From Octopus vulgaris (lineage: Eukaryota), in the NCBI GenBank assembly GCA_951406725.2, contig OX597818.1:99076001-99140000 (forward strand): 64,000 nucleotides of DNA, in the 5' to 3' direction. The notes beneath the pieces are model-generated. The model ran no database searches and had not been told where the DNA came from. It saw only the letters and a program-made list of their open reading frames with translations. The position numbers and the translations under genes are program-made. This document shows positions 23,716 to 36,562 of the stretch, piece by piece (the first letter of the stretch is position 1; each line of letters starts with the position of its first letter).

Positions 23716-24063
23716 TCTACTGGCTCAAGTTCAAATCTCTTGAGCACTTCGGAGTGCATTCTATATAGAGAACATCTGTCTCTAACATATACATATATAA
23801 ATATATATATATACACACACACATTGTTTTAAGGTCTACTTTTCCAAGCTTGTCTGCATTAATAGAATCTACTGAAACAGATCTACAGCCAGATGCCATT
23901 CCTATTGTCAACCAACACACATATGTGTGTATGCATACATACGGATGTGTATATATATATATATTTCGTTTTTGGATTTGGTTTGCAAGATTCTTTATAT
24001 GAGTTCCAGAATATATATATACACACAAGCCAATATGGGTGCACATGTCTGTATACATAAACC

Positions 24064-24098
<35 letters not shown>

Positions 24099-25374
24099 AC
24101 ATATATGGCATGGCTGTGTGAAAACATTTTCACAATTATGCAGTTTTAGGTTCAGAGCTTACTGTGTGGTGCCTTTTGGCAGGTGTCATCTTAAATGCTT
24201 ATACATCCCTAATTTTGTAACAGTTTTGGTTCCCATTGACTTGACATCATACTATGTATTGTTGTGAGATGTGATGCATAGTCAATGAAAATAACCCCCG
24301 GGAACCATGAAGAAAGATTTCATTCTATTACAATCAGAATTGAGTGCAAACAGAAAATAATAAAGCATCCAGTTTTATGCTCATCTGTCTGGCTTATGTG
24401 AACCATTCTTTAACTATATAATTGCATAAATAGGAGAAGTAGGTAGAATCTTATTTCCTGAATTTATATCTTTACTGTGCATACTACAAAAAAGTTATCT
24501 CTGTAGCCTCTTAATCAATTCTCTAAACATGGAGGTTACAATCTAAACTGTTTCTTTTACTATGGATGCCATCATACATACTACTTTATTTCCACATTAT
24601 CTTCATTCATATACATTGTGTTACCATGATAAATTTAACTACTTTTACTGATTAACATGTATATATCTCTCACAGTACCTCTTCATGCATATTTCAGTAA
24701 ATGAACTTCTACATATCTGCCTGGCTTTGCTAAAATTACAGCCAACTTTTCATATTTAAACTTTGTACCAACTTAACTCTAAGACATAAATTTTAGGACA
24801 GAATGTTTACAACACAGATTAAGTGGCCACAACTTAAATGTTTATGTTTATGTCAGTCTGGCATGTTAATGTCTAATATCTTTCAAATCTGAGATGATGA
24901 AGTCTTGGACTATACACTAACATTCAACAACAAGAACACAGTCTGAATCTATTTCAATCAAAGGTTCATACCATTTTCATTTATTTTTTTCTGTACCAAC
25001 TACTATCTTAAAATCATAATTATCTCCTTATAACCCTAAGAATAACACATAAATGCCATATCATCAATTTCTCATAACCAAATTTTGGAAAATGTCCTTA
25101 AAGAATAACAGGTATTCTGCACAAAGTCAGTCCACCGGAAAGATTTCCACTATAATTAGTATTAATACATTTTGAGATAAAAAAAACACCAAATTTGACA
25201 ATAATTTAGATATAACCATCTTTCTTTAAAAAAAAATCTTTATACAACACAGCAAACAGTTCACATACTGTATACCACTCAAACAAACAGATGATCTCTA
25301 CTCCTTTTCTTGTAATTAAACTACTCATACACTTTTATATATGGATTGAAAGCACACAATATATATGACCAATA

Positions 25375-25593
25375 AGGTGGCAAGCTGGCAGAAGTGTTAG
25401 CGTGCTGGGCAGAATGCTAAGCGGCATTTCATCAGACTTTACATTTTGAGTTCAAATTCCACTGAGGTTGACTTTACATTTTTCATCCTTTCGGGGCCAA
25501 TAAAATGAGTGCCAATAGAGTACTGGGGTCGATGTAATCAACTTACTCTCCCACTCCTGAAATTGCTGGCTTAGTGTCAAAGCTTGAAACCAT
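25375..25593 (+). mobile_element. Full-length tRNA-derived SINE with a 15-bp target-site duplication
   Basis: Same family as 6791-8180. Flanked by tatatatgaccaata at 25360-25374 and 25594-25608. Confidence 0.92.
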
Positions 25594-28239
25594 TATATAT
25601 GACCAATATACATCATCAGACTAATTTTTAACCTTAACCTGATAAAGTTGGGTAGCTATGCCACTGTGGCTTTTGTCTATATAGTACTTAGAAAAAAAGT
25701 TACAATGAAGTATACACTAAAACTTTAAAAATGAAAAAAAAAAAGTGTTTTAATCAAAAGGCTATAAAGTGAAAGGAAATAAACTATAAAAATGCCACAA
25801 AAGAAAATCAGGAATCTCTTTGTTTACCAGTTAAAAATTCTAAAGTACATCAAAGATAAAACTAAAACACTAAACACCTAAAGCAACTTAAACAACCATT
25901 TTAAAAGAAGTAAACTCAATTAGATACATAACCTTTATTTCTGAGAATAAAGCATTGTTTGAATATGAAATTTAAGCAAATGTAACAGGAAAGATTACAT
26001 TAACTGACATAAAAATTGTATTGTAAAAGATTGAAAAGTTTATCCCTACAAAATTCAATAAAGAAACATTATATCTATAGAATATGAGTTAAACTGAAAA
26101 TTCATAATCAAAAATATACTAACATCTTGTTCTCAGAAGCAGAACTGATTCTACAAGAATCTCTTTCATGGAATCCTTTAAACATGCTATAATTACTTTC
26201 AGGGACAGAAAAGTCATATTAGTAACTATGAAATTTAAAATTTTAATGCATTGTACTACCTATAATTCATATTTAGTCATATTTACTGACTCTCACTCCA
26301 GTCAATAAATAATCACTTCTGACTTTGGCTCCATAGCTTAGATTTCATATCCCTGCTTATACCTGCATGGCTATGAAGGAAAGGGAAAAGTATGTACATA
26401 CATACATATGCAATAGGTTTGTTCACTCAAAGCTAACAAGAACTACTTAACATCAATAACTGATGTCTAACACCTTCCAATGCACAGTCAAAAACAAAAG
26501 GCATGAGATGATGTAATTAAATGAGATAATTGAAACATGAACCTATCATCACATATGACAATGGCAATAAGAACAAATATAAAGAAAAGCATGTTTAAAT
26601 CCAAAACACACAAGTACAAATAGTAAAATCAAAGACTGAATATTTTAATTGGCAGGTATGTCAATACAAAAAGTACAGTGCAGACACACACACAACCTTC
26701 CAGAAGAAATTTGAAGGGATTGATTCTTAACTCATCTCTTTTATAAATGAATATATGTTACTAGAATTAATAGTCTGAAAGTACAGCATAAATAAACACT
26801 TTTAAAGAATGCTGATAATGTCTTCTCATACCTGATATTAAAGCACCAAATGAGGTGTAGAAAGAGCAGGAAAAAAAATCAGTCTTTTTCCTTCCTTCAT
26901 TTATCCACTTACTCTTTCACATTAACTCTCATCTCAATAGTTTATATGTTCTGAAGTATTTAACCACCACATAATTACATTATCAATATCACTATTAACA
27001 GTATCAGCAAGGGTTTATTTTAATTAGATGTGGTTTCTTGTAAATATAACAATAATAATATATTTTTAGTTTTTCTATCAGTAATTAAAAACAGAACAAG
27101 CTGAATTGGTTCTTTCCAAGGCCAAGGTCAGTGTTCTCAATGATAGCTAGTACTAGTAAACATATTTGACCTCTGCTGACCACAAGGGTGTGATGCTTCT
27201 TTTGTCTCTTGATTGCAATGGGAAGCCCCATTGTTGAATTTCTTCTCACCACCTGCTGAACCTATTTACAGACCTGCAGAATTTGGTCTCTTCGCCAAAC
27301 TGCTTCTTTTTTTCCTACTATCCCCTCCAACCCTCACATATTTATGATTATCTCAAGTTGAAATTAAACATTTAATAATACCACACAGTCGTAGGAGCAA
27401 AGGTGGCATCTCAAGATGGTTAAAATACCAGTGACTGTGGGAGCACTTGGAATGGTCAAAAAAGCAACTGGAAATTATTCAAGAATGATCCCTAGATTAC
27501 CATCCATGAAGGAAGTGTAAAGGATTGTCTTAACTGATATGTCACATGTATTGAGAAGAACCATGTCACTGTGAATTTTCTTTCCTTTTTTGCCCTTTAT
27601 GTTCTTTGTTTACTTTTATATTTTTTCCCTTTTCTCTCTGTCTTTCTCCCCCTTTTTTCTCTATTACATAACTTTGTAAATGAACAATCTGATGTGTTTA
27701 TTTTGAAGGCCTGTGAATGTATACAGTGCATTCTCTATCTTGGGTGTCAGGTAGTCATTTAGCAAGAAAGGGAAACAGAATTGAAAGAAGATGATAATGA
27801 AAATAATAATTAATGGGACCCATAACAAAACTAACCAAAAGAGAAAGAACGGCAGACAGATAATCATAGATAATATAAAATAGTTGATTTATGAGTTACA
27901 CACACACACTACTATGCAACTCCCTTCCAAAAAACATACAAGAATAAACTCATACTGTAAATACCCAACAGAGATAACAAAACCCACATGTGCCATAGAA
28001 GCCGATGCCTGACAGAAGAACACAACCTGCACTGCACAAACAATACATGATATAAAAACTAATACAACAGAAGACTCAAATCAAACCCCATAACAAAACA
28101 TTCTGAGACAATATCACCTCAACCCAAAAAAGAAAAAAATGGAGCACACCCTCCCTGCAAAAAGGTGCAACAAATGATGCAATAGCAAGTTGCTTGAAAT
28201 TTTCATATGATGTAAAATAATAGTGGTGATGACAATGGT

Positions 28240-31200
28240 AATGAATGTTACTTTACCTCAGTTTATGAGAGACAGGAGTTACAGAAAAACTCTGGTTGAA
28301 ACAGCAAAAATTAAGCTGGGACTTTAAGGGAAGGCCTCTCATTTGGCAATGGTTCAGTAAAGATGCAGACTGACCACAGCTGTTATGCTAATACAGTAAC
28401 AGCAAACAATAAAGCAAGGAGGAGGAAGTGGACCAGCAAAGAAAACAGGATAGTGGTTCAGTGCTACTTAGAAAGTGAACCTTCTTTGATGTTAACACTT
28501 TGGGTAGAGAAGGGTATGTTTAAAGTGACTGAGCAGAGATTAGCTGATCAAGCTAATACTATTAGGAGAAGAAAGTGGATGACAGAATTGGGGGTAGAAG
28601 AGATCACAAGACAACTGGAAAAGAAAGACCAAGCAGTGGGAAAGACAAATAACAGCTCAAACCAAAGAAGAACCTAAAGGAAAAAATAATAATAGCACTA
28701 CCAATAAGAAAAGGACAACTGGCACCAAAGTGATTTAAGTGAGGAAGATCAGAAGATTTTAGATGAGTTGCAGGAAGTAATAAGTAAAGAAGGAAGGGAA
28801 AGACTGCCAGCATTAAAAGGTACCAACAGAAGGAAGCTGCCAGAAATGACTAGGAAAATAGATTCTATTATCGGTAGGGTAGATACTAAAAATATAGGAG
28901 ACACTAACTTATTGATCTATGCAAGATTAGATACGTCGTTGGAAAAGATTTAAAAAGAGCAAATATGGAAAAGAAGACTACAAAATAAAGTGAAGACTTC
29001 TAAGACAAGATCTGAGTAGAAAAGAAGCCTGGAAAACAAACAAGTTAGGAAACACAAGATACAGATCTTGCCTCGAGGAAAGATGATACTTAGTCACAGA
29101 GAAAGGATTTGGAACAGTAATAGAAGAGTTGAAACTGCATATCATAGCAGTAGCAGGCAAGCTCTCCAGATATCAGAAAAGAATAGATCAATATCAACAG
29201 AATAGATTGTTTGAGACAGACCAGAGATTTTATAACCAAATAAACAGAGAACAAAGTACTCAAGATGAGAAACCTAATGCAGAAGAAGCTAGAAAGTTCT
29301 GGAGTAATATTTGGGATAAGCCAGTCAATCATAGTGGAGATGCAGTATGGTTAAAGAAAGCAAAGGAAGAAATAGTGAGTGGAAGCAGCCAGATCTGAGA
29401 TTAACTAGTACATTAATGAGTGAAGTGTAGGAAAAAATGCCAAAATGCCAAATTGGAAGGGCCCAGGACCAGAGTTAGTTCAAGGGTATCAACTAAAGAA
29501 ATTCAGTAGTTTACATGAGAGGCTGAGGGAACAACTTCAGGAATACTTTAATGGAGGAATAATACCAGTTTGGATGACTAGCTAGCAACAATAGACCAAT
29601 CACTTGCTTACCATTAGTGTGGAAGCTGTTAACAGGAAAGCATTTACAAGCACCTTCACAACCAGAATTTACTACAAGAACAGAAAGGTTGCAGGAAGAA
29701 GGCTAGAGGAATGCATGATCTATTATATATAGACAAAGCAGTTCTAAATGAAGTAAAAGCTAGAAAGTATAATGTAAAAATAGCATGGATAGATTATAGG
29801 AAAGTCTATGACACGATTCCACACTCATGGATAAATGAATGTTTGCGTATATTAAGTATAGCAGATAAAATAAGAGTATCAATTAGCTGTAATATAAAGA
29901 AACAGAAAGTAGATCTCTATTCAGGTGACACACTTTTATGGAAAGTTAATATCAAAGGAGGAATTTTCCAGGGGGACTCATTGCTCCCTTTAATATTTGT
30001 CTTATGTTTGATCCCCTTCAGTTTAGTATTAAGGAAGGCAAAGGCAGGGTATCAGTTCAGAAATAGTAACGGCAACATTAACCATTTGCTCTACATGGAT
30101 GATCTGAAACTTTTTAGTAAGAACTAGATTTATTACTCAGCGTTGCTTGGTGGAGTATTCATGGAATTGTTTGCCAGTTTGTAGAATGGGAATTCATGGT
30201 ACTTATGCATGTATATATATTTAACCTAACTTCTGGACTTATTTAATTGGAACTGAATGACGTGTTTTTGTTTTTCTTTCTTAGAGAGTTACAAAATGTC
30301 AACATTCGTACCGGAAGTTGACTCATTTAATGTCAGAATAGGATTTACAGAAAAAATAAGGGCTTAAATCTAATCAAAAGTAAGAGAAATTATGCCAAAT
30401 ACAACTAAATTGAAAACGTTTTACCCCTGGCCATATTGGCAATTCTTAAAACTTCTGTGTGCGAATTTTTACATGGGTAGAAGCCTTTTTTTAACAATTT
30501 TTATCCTGGAAATCACCTGTGACTTTTGTTTTAAAGTGAAAGAGAGGAGCAAATGAAAGATGTATGAACGTGTATATGAAATGGACATGTGTGTGTGTGT
30601 GTTACAGTGAGAGAGAAAGAGAGAGAGTGCCACTTACAAATACATGAGAACACACATGTTCATTCACAAACTCTTTCTCTCTCTTTCACACACATTCATG
30701 TCCATTTCATATACACATACATAAACCTTTCACTTTAAAACAAAAGTAAATAAATAAAATATTTTTACGGAAATTAATGAACTCCAGATGATGAAATCAC
30801 ATTGTTAAAAATATTTTTAAATGATTAAAATATTGTGTATGTCAAAAGTCAACTATTTCTGAGATTAAGTGTGTGTATATGTCATAGATAGTAGACCTGT
30901 GTTCATGTTGATTGAACGCCATGACATTCATTATATGTGTGCGTATTCTGCATGTGTTGACATCAAGGAAACCATATTTTTATTGTCAAGAAATAACAAA
31001 CAAAAATTGTGTTTAATCATTTAAATAGAGGTCCAAATATCACAAAACTTTGTACTGTACTGCCGAAGGTATGAAAATAAATATGCAAAAACAATCAAGA
31101 TAAAATATACTATTTCTGAGATATTTTGGGGAACACACAAACATCTTTAGAGTTTTAGTATTACTGAGATGAAAAAGAGATAGATTACTTAATAGAAACT

Positions 31201-32640
31201 GTAAGACTCTTCATTAAAGATATGGATATGAAACTTGGCATACACAAGTGTGCAATATTAGTCAATAGAAGGGGACAGGTAGTCAACAGCAAAGGCATCC
31301 AACTACCAGATGGCCAGGAGAGAGTTATAAGTATCTAGGAGTATTAGAATCTGACAGAGTACTAACAACATAAAGGAAAACAAAAATTAAAAAGGAGTAC
31401 ATCAGAAAAGTGAGAAAACTCATGAAGTCAAAGCTAAATGGTCTGAATCTAGTGAAGGCTATAAATACTTGGGCAATATCGTTACTTTGATATTCAGCAG
31501 CTTTTGTAGATTGGACAAAAACTGAATTAGCAAAGCTAGAAAGAAGAACTAGGAAGGAATTCAGCATGAATGGAGGACTCCACCCAAGAGCAGGAGTAGC
31601 ATGATCATACTTACCTAGAAAGGGAAGGCGGAAGAGGGTTAATATCAGTAGAAGACTGCGTGGAGTTAGCTAGAGTAGATATAGACTACTATGTAGGTAA
31701 TAGTGAATAATGTTTATTAAAAGCTGCCAGAGTCACAGCAAGACATAGGGAAACCAAAAACCCAAACAAAGTTAAAAACCAGAAAAAAGAACCGAAATTA
31801 TCCGACTGGCAGAGGAAGGTGTTGCATGGTAGATTCCCAAAGATAGTTGCAGCAAATAGTAGTAGTGAGATATGGTTGCAGAAAGGAAAGCTGAAGAGGG
31901 ACACAAAAAGCTTGTTAGTAGCTGCACAAAATCAAGCATTAAGGGCTAATTCAGTAAAAGTGAAGATAGACAAAAACAAAGTAGATTCCCAATATAGATT
32001 ACACAAATCAAAAGAGGAAAGCTTTACTCATATAGTAAGTGAATGTAGCATGCTGGCACAAAAAGAATGCAAAAAAAAAATACATGACAATCTAGGGAGA
32101 GCAATCCACTGGGAGCCAAATAGAAAACTAAGATTTGAACATACTGATATATGGTATGAACATGAACCTATTAAAGTACTAGAAAGTAAGGAATACAAGA
32201 TGTTGTGGGACTTTAACATTCAGACTGACAGAGTAATAGAAGCTAGAAGGCCTGATTTGGTAGTAGTAGATTAAAAGAATGGAAAGTACCAGATAATTGA
32301 CTTTACAGTCCCAAATGATGAAAAAATCAATGAGAGGTATAGAAAAAATAGCTAAGTACCAGGACCTAGCAACTGAATTACAGAGACTATAGAAAGTGTG
32401 GGTAAAATATACTCCAGTAGCTATATGTGCATTGGGAACTATCCCTAAAGATATGAGCAGATGGATAGAGGAAATGGACATAAAGCCCAGTTCAGTACAG
32501 CTTCAGAAAACAGTATTATTAGGGACAGCTGGGATACTTAGGAAGATTCTTGGCATCTAAGGCTACTTGTGGTAGCCCAATATTAGGATTCTTTTCCAAC
32601 AGTCTAATCTGTTGAGTGTATATGAAAATAATAATAATTA
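28240..32640 (+). mobile_element. Near full-length decayed R4/Dong-clade non-LTR retrotransposon (RT + restriction-like endonuclease), interrupted by a Helitron
   Basis: RT motifs AWIDYRKVYDTIPHSWI, GIFQGDSLLPLIF and INHLLYMDDLKLF. C-terminal LHGRF..WL...SLLVAAQNQAL, a degenerate CCHC (YRLH...HIVSEC), HDNLG, LWDFNIQTD and RRPDLVVVD..IIDF.VP. A (TAA)n-like 3' tail sits at ~32627. Multiple stops. Confidence 0.88.
30124..31169 (-). mobile_element. Non-autonomous Helitron (~1046 bp)
   Basis: Minus strand reads A|TCTCAGTAATACTAAAA...CCAAGCAACGCTGAGTAATAAATCTAG|T: 5'-TC, 3'-CTAG, a decayed subterminal hairpin, an A/T insertion site and no TSD. Removing it restores the host RT frame KLFSK-N-EKEIDYLIETV. 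Confidence 0.85.
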
Positions 32641-33749
32641 TATTAGATTTTTAATCAACATTGCTATTCTAATTAAGTTTTAAGATTGTATTTATTTTTC
32701 TTCCATTTCATTTTTTAGTGTTGCATTTGCTAATTTCTACCCAAGAATTCTTGAGCCAAGCATAAGTAGTGTTCATGTGCATGTATGTGTGTCTGTATAC
32801 ACACACACACATACATGTACATACAGGCACAGGAATGGCATAAACTTTATAGTTAAGAAGTTTGATTCCCAAACATGTGGTTTTAGGTTAAGTCTCATAG
32901 TGCCAACCAACCAGAGGTTTGTAAGTTGATTTGGCAAGTAGACACTGTAAAGAAGCCGGCCATGTATATATATATATATATATACACACATGCATGAGAT
33001 TATAAATGCACTTGGGTGCATCTGTGAGTTTACATCTGCAATTGTTTTCTTAAAACACTGATATTTGAGCAGCCAACCTTAGTGGGATCACTGAAGACAG
33101 TACAGTATTGTTTCTATAGAATCACCACGATTTTTCTGGCATCATCATGAAGAGTGTCATTAACATCAGTGTAACAATTGTTGAAACAACAAAATTTCCT
33201 GGTAAATGTGTAGAAGGTTTTGGGATTGTGTTTAATTTCCTTAACAGCCCAGTCTTCTGTTGTAGTCCTTTGATTGTTAATGAAAGTTTTCATACAATTC
33301 TGAAAATAATGCTTTTGTTGCTCAAGTGTTCTTATTACTCTTAACTTGGAGTGATACTAGAGGTATTTTAGTTGATGTATTTACGTATTGGTTTAATCAT
33401 ATGATTGAAATGAACACTGTTACACATGCATTCATTTCTTATCAATTTTAGACGTCTTATGTTTTCCTTTTGCTCCTTTTTGTCAGCCATGCACTAATCC
33501 TAATAAACTTTACTTTCAAAGAACATTAAAAACAATGATAATGAATACAATGGATAATCAGCATTAAGCTTAGGAATCAATTTTTGTTCTTAAAACTGAA
33601 AATAAGTAAACGTGTAAAGTTGATTAGGTAAATAGATTATCAACTACAAAAGAACTGGTATTCCTTATCAAGCTACCAACAATGGATGCATGTCTCACTA
33701 GGTTAATAATTCTAATGATAAATAGAGAATAAGAATGCACAATTTACAA

Positions 33750-34550
33750 TATAATTAACAAGCACATTGCTAACTTGCAAGGGTGAACTGGATTCCTGTG
33801 ACAGAAGTCACAGTACTTTATCTTAGACAAGAATCCCTGATCATGCCAATCAATTTTTAAATCAAAACTCTTGTTCAGATGTCTTGTTCCATTGATGGCA
33901 AGTATGCAACAGTTGACCCTATATTAAACTTGTTGAGCATAGCAAAAGTATCTAGCAATGCATAAAAATCTTACCAGTGTACAAGGTCTCTACTGCTAAT
34001 AAGAAGCTTATCTCCCTTCATTTACACATTAGAAGTACTTTAGCTGGTGGTTGGAAATGCTATGAATGTTTTTCAATGACTAAGCACTGAGACATACATA
34101 CCAAAGAAGCTCGACAGTGGTAGTAATTGTCTCCATTTAAGTATGAGAAATAGCTTTCTAGTGCAGTGTGCTATGGTATAATTTGGATTCAATATCAAAT
34201 TCTGGGAAATAACTGTTGATTCTGTCTAATGAGGAATCATATATCAAGTATGCCCAAACTTTAGATATTTGAACTCTTTATACAGAAATAAAGCAAGCTC
34301 CTATAAATTATTTGTCATTACCACTTAACATGCATAAATTTATATACAGCATAGCACCTTCAATCACTGACAAAGATGCTGGTTTCAAACTTGATTAATT
34401 TGAAATCATTTACCTCCATGATAAAAATAGAAGAGCCTAAATGACTTTTGATAGGTCTTCTATCAAGTTTCCAATATTTAGAATTGTTTTAACAAGTGTT
34501 TAAGCCATTTTTGTTGTTTACATTTCAATGGAAAATGAAAAGTAAGTGCA
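33750..34550 (-). mobile_element. Possible Ty1/copia-type RT/RNase H remnant
   Basis: Very decayed minus-strand segments reminiscent of LG.DI.Q...ISQ..YI, D.SFAN and I.W.S...RV..ST. Confidence 0.3.
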
Positions 34551-34899
34551 TGCTATCTATAGTAATGTAGCATATAAAGCCACAAGTGATAACAGTGAGT
34601 GGGTATTTAGAGATACTTTATGAAGTAAGGATAACAATAACAGTAAAATTTAAACCAGAAACTGTAAACTTCAACTGCTAAAGGTCTGATAGAGGATGAG
34701 GATGAAAACAATTTTACCTATGTAACTATCAATCTTATCATGATGATAAGTCAAATTCTACAAACATTAAAAGTAAGATCATGCAAAGACTTAAGTGTAA
34801 ATCCATAAAGCATTTTGACAGGGACTATCATATAAAAGGTGTTAAAGCTATAGTGAAATATTATCAGACACATATTATTTCATTCCAAATTGAAGTGTC

Positions 34900-36100
34900 T
34901 TATCAAACACTGTAACAGGAAACAGTAACAAAAATTTAAGATACTATGATTAATGAATAATAAATAGATATCTACTCTAGTGAAGGAAATGATTAGCTTA
35001 GAAGCACTATATTCTGCATGTACTCATACAATTGCTCAAGTGTTTTAGGTACACTGGGTGATAGTGATGTAGATTTTGCACCTTAGTTAATAAAGTAGTA
35101 GCAAATTCTAGTAAAGTAGTTGTGCGTTGCACAATCATTGGAGATGTTAGAGCTTATGCAGAAGAAAACAGTGAAAAACTATTTCTAAATCATGAATCAT
35201 AAAAAGAACTACTGGAATGGTGCTGGATTTTAAATGTTTGTAACTTGATTTTAGATAGGTCTGTAAAACTGAAAACTACATTTAGTCACTACTGTCTTCC
35301 TTTAATATCATGCTGCTAGAAGATTACAATAAACTAAACATACTATTTCCTGCAAAATCTCAAAATCAGTGATTCAGAGCAAACACAAAGAAAGCTAAGA
35401 AATTCCACTACCAGTTTACTCATGCTTTAAAGGCCAAAGAAGTGTCCTTTGTCTGAACAAGTAGAACTTTTAGTTGATGAATTCCTTCAATTTGCTAAAA
35501 GAAATCTGTGACTTTTGTCATAATTACCTTTAAGAAGATCTATATTGTGACCAGTGTCACAATTACCTTAATAAGATCTATACTGTGACCTCTTGGGGTC
35601 ACAGTATATTTTGTTTTGATTTGAAGGGACACAAAGATTACTACTGATAGTTCAATGAAAGACTGAACACAGAAACCTATACTACTGCAGCAAATTTAAT
35701 AATGCGGAAAACATTAGCAGAGCTGGAGAGAGCTCTGGTATGGGCTACCAGTGCTAAAAACACACTTCAGGATATCTTAGGATATAATCCTCATGAACTT
35801 GTATTTGACTCCAACGCTAACACTCCTTCATTTCTGATTAACCAGTTATGCACTTGGGAATCTGTAACAATTAACGACAGGGTGAGAATAAATTAAAATG
35901 CTCTCCATACAGTAAGAAATAGTTTCATGAAGGATGAGGCAAGTAAAAGACACAAGAGTGTACTGGGGTCTTATGTAATGTGTTATGCCAATGAAAATTT
36001 TATGGTTGAGATCTATTATAGAAGACAAAACTTATCTCTTTGTTTACATATAGAAAGCATTTAAAAACAGCTGGAAATACAATGTTTTACAGTGACTAAG
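34900..36100 (+). mobile_element. Decayed Ty1/copia (GalEa/Hydra-like) LTR retrotransposon protease-integrase remnant
   Basis: ALYSACTHTIA (LDSAC.xTV protease-like). ORF 35702-35896 LERALVWATSAKNTLQDILGYNPHELVFDSNANTPS resembles the WAVSAKNxL...GxSPxQLVFGxNxNxP integrase C-terminus. Confidence 0.6.
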
Positions 36101-36469
36101 TCCTGATAAATACGTCCAAACAAATTAACTTGCTAGAAATAGTGGGTAACTTTCTTTGAAATGACACCCAACTGTCTTCAAAAGAGAAGAATACAAGAGA
36201 TACTGTCAGGGGGAAAATACGGGATGGACAGCATAAGACTAAACAAGAACAATATAGAGCAACAATGAAGTATTTTCATAGCAACAAGGAGCTGGTTAAG
36301 TTAATGTTATGTTTGCTATATCAAAGGTTAGATTGATGATTAACATTTCAAGAGTAAAGGCATTATCAGCATTATTATTATAATACAAAAGCTATTACAT
36401 ATTTTAATCATCAGGGATGTTATCCAGAGCTTTGGTGACATCCTCCTCCGCCTCCTTTAACATGCCAAG

Positions 36470-36562
36470 CACTTGACATGTGCTGGATGCTTTTAACATG
36501 GCACTGGCACAAGCACTTTTACATGGCACTGACACAGTGCTTTTTACAAGGCACTGGCACAA
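36470..36562. repeat. Short tandem (ttttacatggcactggcac-like x3) from a SINE-type repeat
   Basis: Three imperfect units of ~27-29 bp. Related sequence at 41610-41660. Confidence 0.6.
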
